Assembly (NCBI GenBank): GCA_030390025.1
Contig: CM059433.1
Coordinates: 14,758,001-14,822,000 of the forward strand
Source of the DNA: Squalus acanthias
Lineage: Eukaryota
DNA length: 64,000 nt
Reading direction: 5' to 3'
Positions 37,915 to 49,357 of the stretch are shown here, one piece after another; within the stretch, counting starts at the first letter, position 1; every line of letters starts with the position of its first letter. The notes beneath the pieces were generated by a model, which saw nothing but the letters and a program-made list of their open reading frames with translations, made no database searches and was not told the origin of the DNA. A program made the translations under genes and the position numbers.

Positions 37915-39210
37915 ATGGGAAGAGCGGCCGTTGCATTTCCTTGTGACATGGCTACTGGTGCAGCCAAAGCGAACCTTGCGTTAATAAGGCCATCCATGGC
38001 ATCCTGGGCAGCAATGCGAGCAGCTGGGCATGCATTTCACTCATCACCCTCCTCCTCCTCCTCCTCCTCCTCTTCTTTCTCCTCCCCCTCCAAATCGTCT
38101 GAGGAGGATCTGAGCTCTTCTCCTTGTTACTCCTGCAGGTCCAAGCCTCGCTGGTGCGCAATGTTGTACAGACCACAGCAAACCGCCTGGCTGTGCATAC
38201 TGAAGGGTGCCTCCAGATCTGTCTTGGCACGTGAAGCACATCTTCAGCATGCCGATGGCCTGTTCGATCAAACATCTGGTGGTGATACAGCATTCATTGT
38301 AGCACTGTTGGTCTTCAGTGGTCGGGCTTCTGACGGGTGCCATCAACCAAATTTGCAGTTGGTATCCCTTGTCACCTAGCAGCCGCCCCTTAAGTTTGCT
38401 TCCAGGTCCGAAGAGATCAGGGAGCTTGAACTGCCGCAGGACAAAAGGATCGTGGCAGCTGCCCGGGAATCTTGCGCACACCTGCGTAAAGATCTTTTTG
38501 TGGTGGCACATCAGCTGCACATTTAATGAGTGGAACCCCTTGCAGTTGACAAATACTCTTGGTTGTTCTGGGGTTGCCCAGATTGCCACGTGTGTGGAGT
38601 TGATGGTGCCCTGTAGCTGTGGGAAGTCAGCCAGAACTGCAAAGCCGAGCGCAAGCTCATTCTGACCGGCATCATCACTGGCAAAATGGCATAATTGCCA
38701 GCCCTGGCAAAGAAGCCCTCAGTCACCTGTCTTGTGCATTTGTGGGCCGCTGGCTGGGAGATCCTGGATATGTCTGCGGCAGAGCACTGCGGGCGGTGGT
38801 GGCTTGGGCAGCCACTAGTGACGCGTGGCCACCAGGTCCAGCAGGCAGCAGGTCTTCTTCTAGGAGGCTGCAGATGTCTGCCACCACCTCATGTGACATC
38901 CTGAGCCTCCTGAGACACAGGTGTTCAGACTTGTCAAGAAAACTCAGCCTCTGCCTGTACACCCTGCTTTGTGGGTATCGCCTCCTGGGTGCTGCACCTC
39001 CCTCCTGATCACCTCTCTGCTGGTTGACACTCTGCTGCTCCCCTCTCTGCCGCTCCCCTCTCTGCCGCTCCCCTCTCTGCTGCTCCCCTCTCTGCCGCTG
39101 CACTCTCTCCTGCGGAGCTACAGGTCTGTGAGCAACAGGCTACTGTGGGTGCTGTTGCTCGTCATCTTGGTTCTCATCTGAGGTCCAATCTAAAGCAGCA
39201 TAAGGGGCAC
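37915..39210 (-). pseudogene. Harbinger (HARBI1-like) DDE transposase pseudogene
   Basis: RVYRQRLSFLD..CLRRLRM; FVNCKGFHSLNVQ; RFPGSCHD; LLGDKGY; TRCLIEQAIGMLK; split across several frames. Confidence 0.85.
39030..39110. repeat. 15-bp tandem repeat (CTCTGCYGCTCCCCT)n, about 5 units
   Basis: Direct reading; encodes QRGEQ/QRGER repeats in the transposase N-terminus. Confidence 0.85.
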
Positions 39211-39254
39211 CCATCCTGATCTGATAGAACAAACCTCCAAGGTGTAGATGTGAT

Positions 39255-39527
39255 TTTAATCGCTGCACCATTGGTGGCCGTGCCTTCAGCTGCCTCGGCC
39301 CTCAGCTCTGGAACTCCCTCCCTAAACCACTCCGCCTCTCTACCTCTCTCTCCTCCTTTAAGACACTCCTTAAAACCTACCTCTTTGACCAGGCTTCTGA
39401 ATCTGCCCTAATTTCTCCTTATGTGGCTCGGTGTCAAATTTTTTTTGTCTTTTAATACTCCTGTGCAGCGCCTTGGGACATTTTAATACGTTAAAGGCGC
39501 TATATAAATACAAGTTGTTGTTGTTGT
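39255..39527 (+). mobile_element. L2 3' end inserted in the Harbinger element
   Basis: L2-type tail ending AAGGCGCTATATAAATACAAG(TTG)n. Confidence 0.8.
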
Positions 39528-40164
39528 AACCTCCAACGTGTAGAAAGTAACCTCTCAGCAAAAGTACTCTGAATATACCCTTTCCAACAAGAGCAGCTGT
39601 GAATACTGAGCATTATTTGCCATCTTTCCCTGAGATTGATTCAGCCCCTTCAATTGCCGCTGCGTTCTCGCCTTGCTTCCACTGGCGAGTTCCAGGAAGT
39701 CCGGGAAACCCGTGGGCCCGACGCTAAACTCGAAAGTGTGTGTTAATATCGCTTTAATTAGGGGGTTGCACACACGCAGCCGACTGCACTCGAGTAAGAT
39801 ATGGAAGTTGGCGGGTTGGAGCCGGCTTCCCAAGGCGCTGACATTTTTCCCGGTTTTAAACCCCCCTCCTCCCCCACCCGCATCCAAACCCACGCGCTCT
39901 TCCAGGTTAAAATTCCGCCCCATACGTTTTCATTCATGATTGCTTTTCTCTTTTCTTAGATGCTATTCTATATCTACACATCTTCATCATTAGTAATATT
40001 GTGGTTGAATGTCATTAAAGAGGGCAAAAGACAGCTATGAGGAGTTGGATCCTTTTTCTAATGTCTCAGTTGTGTTTTTTCAGTCAGAGATTGTATTGTA
40101 AATGCACCTGAACAATTGGAACATCTGTTTTAGAAACCTTATTGGAATTGGACTAAGAAATTAA

Positions 40165-40753
40165 GGGGGAAAAATTGAGTCGCGCCCCCTTTGGGGTGTT
40201 AACTTCGCCGGGGTGCTACTTTTAGCGCCACGAAAAACTGAGCGCCCCTGCGGCCGAAATTCATCGGTAGCGACCCAAGAGGGAAGCGGGGCGCTACTGG
40301 AAGCACCCTGCCTCCCTCTTGGGGGGCTGCGAGGGAATATCGCGGCGCTATGCGCTGCGGCACATCGTAGGGGAGGGGCCTTGCGCAGCGCGACCCGGGG
40401 CCCAGCTGGCACTCCGCGGGGGAGCTGAAGAGGAGGCCGGGGACAACAACGGGGGCAGATGCTGGCAGGCGGCCAGCAACAAAAATGGCCACCCTGCACC
40501 TCGCCTTTAATTAGCACCACCCCGGCCACAGGTAGACCCAACCTGACTCCGTTGGACATAGCATTCGGCGGTAAGTCAGGGGGCGCTACCGAAAATCGCG
40601 AGCGGGGCGCTAACGGTTACCGCTGCCGCTAACCTCCCGCTGAATTTCGTGGGAGGCGTTGGCAGCGCCGCGCCCGGGCGCTGTTGCTTTGCGTCCCGTT
40701 AGTGCCCTCTTAGGGCGCTAACAGGAGGCACAAAGCAACCAAATTTTCCCCCC
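40165..40753. mobile_element. GC-rich Harbinger/Tourist-like MITE (family M2)
   Basis: TIRs GGGGGAAAAATTG / CAAATTTTCCCCC; TAA TSD (40162-40164, 40754-40756); homologous to 46169-46864 and 47025-47520. Confidence 0.88.
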
Positions 40754-40789
40754 TAAGTCACTTACAGTTACAACCATGAGGTACTATAT

Positions 40790-41195
40790 GAAGCAACAAC
40801 AACTTGCTTTTATACAGCCCCTTTAACGTAGTAAAACTTCCCAAGCCTAATCAGAAAATTATTGACACCAAGCCAAAGAAAGAGTCATTAGGACAGGTGA
40901 CCTAAAGCTTGGTCAAAGAGGCAGGTTTTAAGGAGCATCTTTAAAGGAGCTGAGAGAGAAAGGTGGAGAGGCGGCGAGGATGAAGGAGAAAATTTCCAAA
41001 CTTCGGGATGCACAAGATGCCAGAATTGGAGGAGCGCAGAGATCTTGTAGGGTTGTAGAGCTGAAGGAGGTTACAGAGATAGGGAGGAAATGCATATCCC
41101 CTCATGTCCCTATTGTACTGCAGGTTTTGCAGCAAGCCGAGACGTTGATGGATTGGGAGCCAATGTAAGCCAGCAAGCACAGGGGTGATGGGTGA
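40790..41195 (-). mobile_element. L2 3' end
   Basis: LAGLHWLPI...RSLRSS on the minus strand, with L2 tail. Confidence 0.75.
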
Positions 41196-42394
41196 ACATT
41201 TAAGAGTCCCTGCAAAGAGGAGACAGTGCTTACCTTATGTAATATGCAAGTATGAAACATTAAATGTCCAATAATTTTTTTACCATCTCATATTTATTAG
41301 GAATTTAAGAATTGGTTTGCATGCAAATCTGAACAATATAATGTGAAATTAAAATCTTGTCAGGAAATTTATCATTTGCATGCAGAGATAGCAAGGGATA
41401 CAAATCACTTCCAATAAGTATGCAGATGTATTGTCCTGCACATTGAAATGATCGTCAATTAGCTAGTGGGAATGAGAGTTTGCATAATAATATGCCCTGT
41501 TGTATAATTTAAATATGATAAAAGGTGAAATCCATTCTGTAATTTGTGTAAAAAGAAACTCAATTATCACATTTCTAAAATGACAAGCTTCAAAAAAACT
41601 ATTTTGAAACTTGTCAGTTACTATGATTCATAATTAACTTCCCAACAGTTTAATAATTATACTTTAATCTGACAGCAAACTACTGTCAGGCTGCTTTTAA
41701 ATGTTATCATCAGTGCTGTACCACGACACCAGAATTATCCGAGGATATCAACAGCCCCATTTTTGGACTCGAAAATTTTCATACTGCCTTACTGTCCAAC
41801 AATAAACAGAAATCTGATGTGAGAAAAAATGAATGGGCCAGAAATTCGGCTCCCTGGCTTCCCGCGGGTGCAAGGATCTCGCGCGCACCTACCTACCGCG
41901 CCTGCCGTTGACCCCTGGGCCCGCGGGGGATTCCGGTCCTGGGCCTCCTGCAGCTGCCGGCGCGCAGTGCTTGTGTATCCCAGGGGCGTAGTTAGTGCGA
42001 TGCGTCCCCTGGGATCACGTGGGCCATGGAGAGCCAATGGCAGCAGACCATCTTTCATTCATAGATTTCACAGGAAGACCTGTCAAATCTATTAATACAG
42101 ATCGGCCCCAAAACATCCCTAAAACTACAAATGTTTTTTTTTTTTAAATGACATTTTTATAACAACTATAAATTACATTCATTAACTATTTTAAACAAAA
42201 ATTTAAATTTTTGAAAAAATTAATTACACTTTTTAACGGGGCTAAAACTAAACTTACCTTTCTTTAAAGTAATTAAAAAAGATAAATCTGTGAAAAAAAT
42301 GTTTAAATTTTAATAAAATCAACACTTACCTTGTTAACAGAACGTGACTTGACATCATGGCCGGTCTTCCCAGGTGTTTTTTTTTTAAAAAGGC

Positions 42395-42698
42395 TAACAC
42401 AAGAACCTACACAGATTGACAGGATATGCAGCCAGCAGGTGGTTTGACACGTTGGACCCCCTGGGACACATCTCATTGTCTTGGCTATGCTCTTTGATGT
42501 GGGAAAGATTTGAATATTTTTTGTCTGTGTTTAAATTGTGAATTCTGGGAGATTCTCTCACTGCTAAACTTACCTGACGAAGGAGCGAACTGCTCCGAAA
42601 GCTTGTAAAATTAAATAAATCTGTTGGACTATAACCTGGTGTTGTGCGACTTCTCATTTTTGTCCACCCCAGTCCAACGCCGGCATCTCCACATCATT
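42395..42698 (+). mobile_element. Penelope-like element 3' / pseudo-LTR fragment
   Basis: Hammerhead core followed by AATAAA and TGTTGGACTATAACCTGG...CCAGTCCAAC; absent from the other M1 copies. Confidence 0.6.
42570..42608 (+). ncRNA. Minimal type I hammerhead ribozyme
   Basis: CTGACGA (42574-42580), stem II GGAGC/GCTCC, GAAA (42597-42600), palindromic AGCT stem III, stem I TTAC/GTAA. Confidence 0.7.
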
Positions 42699-43017
42699 GT
42701 TAAAAGAAGGCCTTGCGCCTCCTTTTTCAATGTGCATCTTCTCCGTGCTTACCCTCACGGAGGAACCTGTAAAAAAACCCGAATTGCGAGGCGAACGCGC
42801 TGGCCCTCCGGTGTGCGCATTCGACCTCTGAACCACTTCCTTCAGGGGAACGGAAGTGCCAGTTTTCCGCGCATGCGCAGTGCATGCAAGAAACCGGCAC
42901 TTTTGTTCCGTCCACGGGTGAGTACATAGTGCGTACTCACCCGTGGCGAGCCTAATTTCTGCCCCAATATTTTCATCCTTGGCTGTGTACTTCGATTTAA
43001 AAGCAAGAAGCAACTAA

Positions 43018-43170
43018 GGGGGCGATTTTCGGCAGCGCATTCATCCTCCGAGGTGGCCAAGTTGGGGTCTTGAGCTGAATGCTGGTTAAGCACAAGACAC
43101 CATCTTGGTGCAGGAGTTGAAGTCTGCGCTAGGAATGGCCACCTGGAGGATCGTTAAGGGGCTGATTGCC
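43018..43170 (-). mobile_element. Terminal fragment of the 20654-21653 Harbinger family
   Basis: Reverse complement of about 21475-21653 including the GGGGGCGAT terminus. Confidence 0.7.
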
Positions 43171-43214
43171 ATGATTCACATAACTTGTTATGACTTTAAT
43201 CAACTTCCCTAGGT

Positions 43215-43888
43215 ACATTCTTCAATCTTCTTAGGCAGTCCCTCGGAACTTGCTTCCACACTAAAAATGAGTTCTCAGGTGACTGATGAGTCCAATGCGG
43301 GACCTACAGTCTCTGTCACAGGTGGGGCAGACGGTGGTTGAAGAGGCGGGTGGGTGGGGTGTTTGAGTTGACGTGCGCTCCTTCCGTTGTTTGTGCTTGG
43401 CTTCCGCTTGCTCCCAGTGAAGAGATTTGAGGTGTTCGGCGCCTTCCCGGATGCTTCTCCTCCACTTTGTGCAGTCTTGGGCCAGGGATTCCCAGGTGTC
43501 GGTGGGGATGTTGCACTGTTTCAAGGAGGCTTTGAGGGTGTCCTTGAAGCGTTTCCTCTGCCCACCTGGGGCTCTCTTGCCGTGTCGGAGCTCCGAGTAG
43601 AGCGCTTGTTTTAGGAGTCTCGTATCGGGCATGCGGACGATGTGGCCCATCCATTGGAGCTCGGGACAGGGATTGTTCGAGGCTGGAGTAGAAATCTCCA
43701 GGCAAACCTGAAAAAGAACGCCGCCTCCATGGGGTAGGCTTCGCCATAAAAAATGAGCTAGTTGAACGTCTCAGAGACTCCCCTTGTGGAATAAACGAAC
43801 GCCTCATGACTCTACGGCTCATGCTAGCCCGGAACCAGTGCGCTACCGTCATCAGTGCGTATGCCCCAACACTGGAAGCCACAGACGA
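43215..43888. mobile_element. Rearranged RTE-clade LINE: 3' end (minus) joined to an endonuclease fragment (plus)
   Basis: Minus: GHIVRMPDTRL...KRFKDTLK...CPTCDRDCRSRIGLISH. Plus: HGVGFAIKN...INERLMTLRL...ISAYAPTL. Confidence 0.85.
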
Positions 43889-44116
43889 TATCTCAATACT
43901 TGATCAGCAGCATTAATACAACTTCACATTGGTTGAATATTTCCGGTGAATATCTTTCTGCTTTGCCATGGACAAATTGTGTAAATGTTTCATTTTACCT
44001 GTACTGGGGTATTAATTTGCATTTATTTATACAAAAGTCCTTAACCCATCTATTTAATTTGATATGATCTCTTTGAATGCTAACCGTCTCTCCTATATTC
44101 GTCAGTTGATCATATC

Positions 44117-44303
44117 GGGCGGCACTTTCAACTTTGGAGGGGGAGTAAAACGGACGGGAGCAGATCGGCTGCCTGATATAGACCCCGCCTGAGTTTCCTT
44201 TCCATTGAAGTCAATAGACAGGAAAATCGGGCTGAGTGTATAACGGATGCCTTGATCCACTACCGTTCGTTTTACTCCCCTGCTGAAGTTGAAAGTTCTT
44301 CCC
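44117..44303. mobile_element. Short fold-back MITE
   Basis: Arms ACTTTCAACTT..GGGGAGTAAAACG / CGTTTTACTCCCC..AAGTTGAAAGT around a central ATTGAAGTCAAT. Confidence 0.7.
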
Positions 44304-45192
44304 TTAATATGTAATTTGCAAACTGTATTATATTACTGAGAATACCTTCCCCATTGTCAATCAATAGTGTGGCCAAAGGACTCAAAAAAACCTCTGCTCA
44401 TCTCTGTAGCCCTGATAGAGACCTGTTAATTTAGCCCCAGCTTCTGCTTTGAATTATCAATTCCATTTCCAATGAATCTAGTTAATTTAACATTAATTCC
44501 CCGCACATTTATAATTTCTTTCACAAAGCGTGAATTGCAGACTCCATCAAAGTCATTCTGATAATCAGAGCAAATTATATTTATTAGATAACTCTCATCT
44601 GCAAATTTAGTTACATCTTCAAAGAATTTCAGGCTGTTTCGAACACCACAGGGTCTAGGTGAAGAGCTAGAGGCCTTATTGCAGAACATCACCAAGGCTG
44701 AAAAGTTTAGGAGATGAGATGAGGTGGTGATTCGGTGTCACTCGATTACTGATAAACCCCTTTGGGTCTATATGAACTTTAGATGAATATCAAAAGCACT
44801 CCATAATATGGTCGCATTTTAACAACTAGCAGTGTTAGACTATTCTGTATAATGTTATTGGTGATTAGTTATAGTTAGTTCAGAAATGATCGCAGTACAA
44901 AATTGATTGAGTACAAAAGTAGAGAAGTTATGCTGAACCTTTATAAAGCGCTGGTTAGGCCACAACTGGAGTATTGCGTCCAGTTCTGGTCATCACACTT
45001 TAGGGAGGATGTGAAGGCCCTTGAGAGGGATGGGGGATCTTAGCTACAAGGACAGGTTGGAGAAGCTGGATTTGTTTTCATTGGAGCAAAGGAGGTTGAG
45101 GGGTGATTTGATAGAGGTGTACAAGATTATGACGGGTTTGGATAAGCTAGACGGGGAAAGGCTGTTCCCACTAATTGATGGTACAAGGACTA

Positions 45193-46054
45193 GGGCGCAA
45201 TTATCGGCTGGGTGCAAAGTTTAGCGCCTGGCGCTAATTATCGCCTCTGACTGCAAACTTGACTTTTATCGCCCCTGGAGGTGATTAGAGTGCTAAATCA
45301 GTCGCTGCACACCTCTCTTAAGGCACTAATGCCGAGGAGCGAGGCGCTACCACAGAGCGCTGGTGAAGCTCATGTGATGTCAGTCAGCAATGGAACACAG
45401 ACACACTGGCGCCGGCCAGTTCTTAAAGGGGAGGGTGGATCTTGCTCTCCATCCAAACCCTGCTCATTGCAGCCTTGAATCTCGGCCTGGAGAGACCTGC
45501 ATATCAAATCTGCTGGAAAGAACAATGGAGAGGACCAGGGAAAGAGCTCAGACTGCAGCCCCCAAAGTTTCTTCTAAATCGATGCAAGGAAGATCAAATC
45601 AAAATGAACCTGCAAAGTGCTGCTCAGTACCCAAAACTCCTCAACACAGCATTGATTATCTCCAGAAGTCTCTCTCTCTCACTCAGAATGCGTGGTGCAA
45701 AAATGTCGCCGAAAAAAAAGGCAGGAAGCAGTCGGCTTTAAATAGCGCTCCCCCAGTCCCTTCCCGACTGCAAAACGCTCCCCTCAACCTGTTGTTGCTA
45801 GCGGCAGGCGGTAAGGCAGGGGGCACCACTCAATATCCGGTCCAGGGCGCTACCGGGGCATTGCACGCTCGACTGACGTCACGATCTGTGGGCGCAGGAG
45901 ATCGTGGCGGTAATGTTTAGCGCCACCGCAAAATGTCTGGTCAATTTCGCGAGCGACGCAAACATCGCCGCGCCTGGGTGCCAGTTGCTTTGCGCCCCAC
46001 TAGCGCCCTCTTAAGGTGCTAATGGGAGGCGCAAACCAACCGAATTTTTCCCCC
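45193..46054. mobile_element. Harbinger derivative with an M2-type right arm
   Basis: Right TIR GAATTTTTCCCCC followed by TAA; internal MERTRERAQTAAPK resembles a Myb/SANT-ORF start; left end degenerate. Confidence 0.6.
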
Positions 46055-46168
46055 TAAAGGTTTTGGGCAAGAGATACAGGGGGGTTCTGAGGGAAAACTT
46101 TCTTACGCAGTGAGTGGTGAGGACCTGGAACTCACTGCCGAGGGAAGTGGTGCAAGCGGAGACAGTCA

Positions 46169-46864
46169 GGGGGAAAAATTGAGTCGCGCCCCCTTTGGGG
46201 CGATAACTTCGCCGGGGCGCTACTTCTACCGCCCCAAAAAAATTAGCACTCCCGTGATGAAAATTCATCAGTAGCGCCCCAAGAGGGAAGCGGGGCACTA
46301 CTGGAAGCGCCCTGCCTCCCTCTTGGGGCGCCGCGAGGTGCTGCGGCACATCGCGCTGCGGTACTGCAGGCCTTCCTCCCCTTCGTCCCCTCCCCAGCTG
46401 GGCCACCAGGGATCGGAGTGCCGGCAAAAGAGCCCGGCACTCAAGAGAAGTGCCGGGCTCACGGAGCGCAGCCGACACTCCGCGGGGGGCTGATCAGGAG
46501 ACTGGGGACAGCAACGGGGGCAGGTGCTGGCAGGCGGCCAGCAACAAAAATGGCCGCCTGGCACCTCGCCTTTAATTAGCGCCGCTCCAGCTGCAGGTAG
46601 GCCCCCCTGACCCCGTCGGACATAGCATCTGCCGGTAAGTCAGGGGGCGCTACCGTAGATCGCGGCTGGGGCGCGATCGGGGCGCTGCACACGGCGATGA
46701 CCTCATTGCCAGTGGCGCAGCGCCACAGGGCGCTAACGGTTACCGCCGGCGCTAACCTCCCGCTGAATTTTGCGGGAGGCGTTGGCGGTGCCGCGCCCAG
46801 GCACTAGTTACTTTGCGCCCCATTAGCGCCCTCTTAGGGTGCAAAGCAACCGAATTTTTAGGCC
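46169..46864. mobile_element. MITE family M2
   Basis: GGGGGAAAAATTG / GAATTTTTAGGCC; TCA TSD (46166-46168, 46865-46867). Confidence 0.85.
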
Positions 46865-47024
46865 TCAATGTTTTCAAGGGGAGACTGAATAGGTACTTGC
46901 AGGAAATAAGCTTGCAGGGCTATGGGGATAGAGCGGGGGAATGGGACTGACTGGATTGCTCTACAGAGAGCCGGCACAGACTCGATGGGCCGAATGGCCT
47001 CCTTCTGTGCCATTATGCCACTAT

Positions 47025-47520
47025 GGGGGAAAAATTTGGTTGCTTTGTGCCTTCCGTTAGCGCTAACGGGGCGCAAAGCAACTAGCTCCTGGGTGTGGCA
47101 CTGCCTACGCCTCCCGCGAAATTCAGCGGGTGGTTAGCGGCAGCGATAACCGGTAGCACCCCGCGGCGCTGCACCTATAGCGATGACATCATCGTCGTGC
47201 GCTGCGCCCCGCTCGTGCCCCAGCCGCGATCTTTGGGAGCGCCCCCTGACTTACCGCCGGACGCTATGTCCGACGGGGTCAGGGGGGCCTACCTGCGGCC
47301 AGGGAGGCGGTATTTAAAGGCGAGGTGCGAGGCGGCCATTTTTGTGGCTGGCCGCCTGCCAGCACCTGCCTCCGCTCCCATCCCTGGCCTCCTTACCCGC
47401 CCCCTTGCAGAGTGCCAGCTGCGCTCCATGAGCCCGGCACTTCACTTGAGTGCCGGGCTCTTTTGCCAGCGCTCCCAATCCCCGGGGGGCCCAAAGGGGG
47501 CGCTGCTCAATTTTTAGCCT
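47025..47520. mobile_element. MITE family M2, reversed and internally deleted
   Basis: Reverse-complement homology to 46169-46864; inserted in a CR1 tail. Confidence 0.78.
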
Positions 47521-48391
47521 CATGACTCAATGAGTTGAGATTTAAATGGAGTGATTTTCCTTGTCTTTTCACCCAGGGAATGAATACAAAGCAGAGGACA
47601 AAGAGACAGGGCCCCATCACACTGACTCTCTCCCCCTTTGTGTTGCTCACATAGGTCGGGCCATTTGGAGCGTTCAAAGGCTCTGCAAATGAGGCCGCAG
47701 TGACGTCACCGCACTTTACGCTTCATTTTCCTGCGGCTCCACTTGGTAGAGGGCCCAAGTAGAGCCGTGCCCACAGAAGTGGTCCTTAATCCTTGCGTCA
47801 AGGCCCCCTCAGATTGCAGACAGTAAGGACATGGAGCACTCAAGAAAAAAAGCTAATGTCCCTTTTTTTTGCAGTAAAGAGACTTCAGGGTCAGATTGCT
47901 TCTGTCTGCTGCAGCCAGCAGCCATTAGTGCTGCTCCAGATCTGTGCCAGGGGACCAGCCAAAATGACCTGAACCTGAGATACAGGTCTGGCCAAGAGCA
48001 GAATGCACTTTGGGAACTCTCTGCCCGACTTGTGCCCAGGTTGGGGGGGAGGGTGAAGAAAATCGACCTGATAGAGTAGTCAGCTTGTTTTAAGCTTTAT
48101 TATCTTTATGTTTTGACATAAGGTGATAGTTTCAAAGCCTACTCAGGATACCAAATTGAAGGTATATTTGCGCCCTGCCCCCACTTTACGTTGAAGTCAT
48201 TCATGGAATGTATGCAAGATAGTTTTCTAGATCAGTATGTTGAGGAACCAATTAGGGAACAGGCTATTTTAGATCTAGTATTGTGCAATGAGAAAGGGTT
48301 AATAAATAACCTGGTAGTAAAGGGGCCTTTAGGGAAGAGTGACCATGATATTTTGGAATTTTATATTGAGTTTGAAAGTGATTTAGTTAAA

Positions 48392-48863
48392 TAGAAGGAA
48401 AAACTTGCATTTATATAGCACCTTTCACGACCACTGGATGTCTCAAAGCACTTTACAGCCAATGAAGTACTTTTTTGGAGTGTAGTCACTGTTGTAATGT
48501 GGGAAACGTGGCAGCCAATTTGTGCACAGCAAGCTCCCACAAACAGCAACATGATAATGATGAGATAATCTATTTCTGTTATGTTGATTGAGGGAGAAAT
48601 ATTGGCCAGGACACCGGGGATAACTCCCCTGCTCTTCTTCAAAATAGTGCCAAGGGATCTTTGACGTCCACTTGAGAGAGCAGACGGGGCCTCGGTTTAA
48701 CGTCTCATCCGAAAGACGACACCTCCGACAGTGCGGCACTCCCTCAGCACTGCACTGGAGTGTCAGCCTAGCTTTATGTGCTCAAGTCACTGGAGTGGGA
48801 CTGTGAACCCACAACCTTCTGACTCAGAGGCGAGAGTGCTACCAACTGAGCCACAGCTGACAC
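48392..48863 (-). mobile_element. Full-length Deu-domain tRNA-SINE
   Basis: Minus-strand head GTGTCAGCTGTGGCTCAGTTGG, B-box-like GGTTCACAGTCC, body and L2 tail. Confidence 0.85.
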
Positions 48864-49357
48864 TATGGCCTTAAATCTAACCAAAGCAAACTATGTAGGT
48901 ACGAGGGGCGAGTTGGCTAAGATAGATTGGGAAACCACATTACAAGGTATGACGGTAGACAAGCAATGGCTAGCATTTAAAGAATTAATACATAATTTAC
49001 AATTAATATACATTCCTTTTAGGCACAAAAAAGTGGTCCAACTGTGGCTAACTAGAGAAGTTAAAGATAGTATTAGATCAAAGGAAGAGGCTTATAATGT
49101 TGCCAAAAAGAGTAGTAAGCCTGAGGATTGAGAGGATTTTAGAATTCAGCAAAGGAGGACCAAGAAATTGATAAAGAAAAGGAAAATAGAATATGAGAGT
49201 AAACTAGCGAGAGGCATAAAAACAGATTGTAAAAGCTTCTATCGGTATGTAAAAAAGGAAAAGATTAGCGATAGTAATTGTGGGTCCCTTACAGGCTGAG
49301 AATGGAGAAATTATAATGGGGAATAAGGAAATGGCAGAGAAATTAAACAAATACTTT

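Larger units (their letters stand above)
36787..39920. mobile_element. Decayed PIF/Harbinger DNA transposon
   Basis: TIRs GGGCTGGATTTTAA / TTAAAATTCCGCCC; transposase remnant on the minus strand, second-ORF remnants on the plus strand. Confidence 0.82.
41835..42965. mobile_element. MITE family M1 carrying a nested Penelope fragment
   Basis: TIRs GGGCCAGAAATTCGGCTC / GAGCCTAATTTCTGCCCC; AAT TSD (41832-41834, 42966-42968). Confidence 0.85.
44905..47024 (+). mobile_element. CR1 3' part split by two MITEs
   Basis: FSLEQRRLRGDLIEVYKIM; CR1 sequence resumes at 46055-46168 and 46865-47024. Confidence 0.8.

Noticed and set aside
40161..47525. Many GC-rich ORFs and CpG-island-like blocks
   Set aside because: All lie within M2 MITE copies; high GC removes stop codons, so they are not promoters or genes on present evidence.
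48780..48863. tRNA-like sequences (also near 8400, 21830, 52870, 63970)
   Set aside because: Heads of SINEs or of the family B LINE, with no complete cloverleaf; not tRNA genes.
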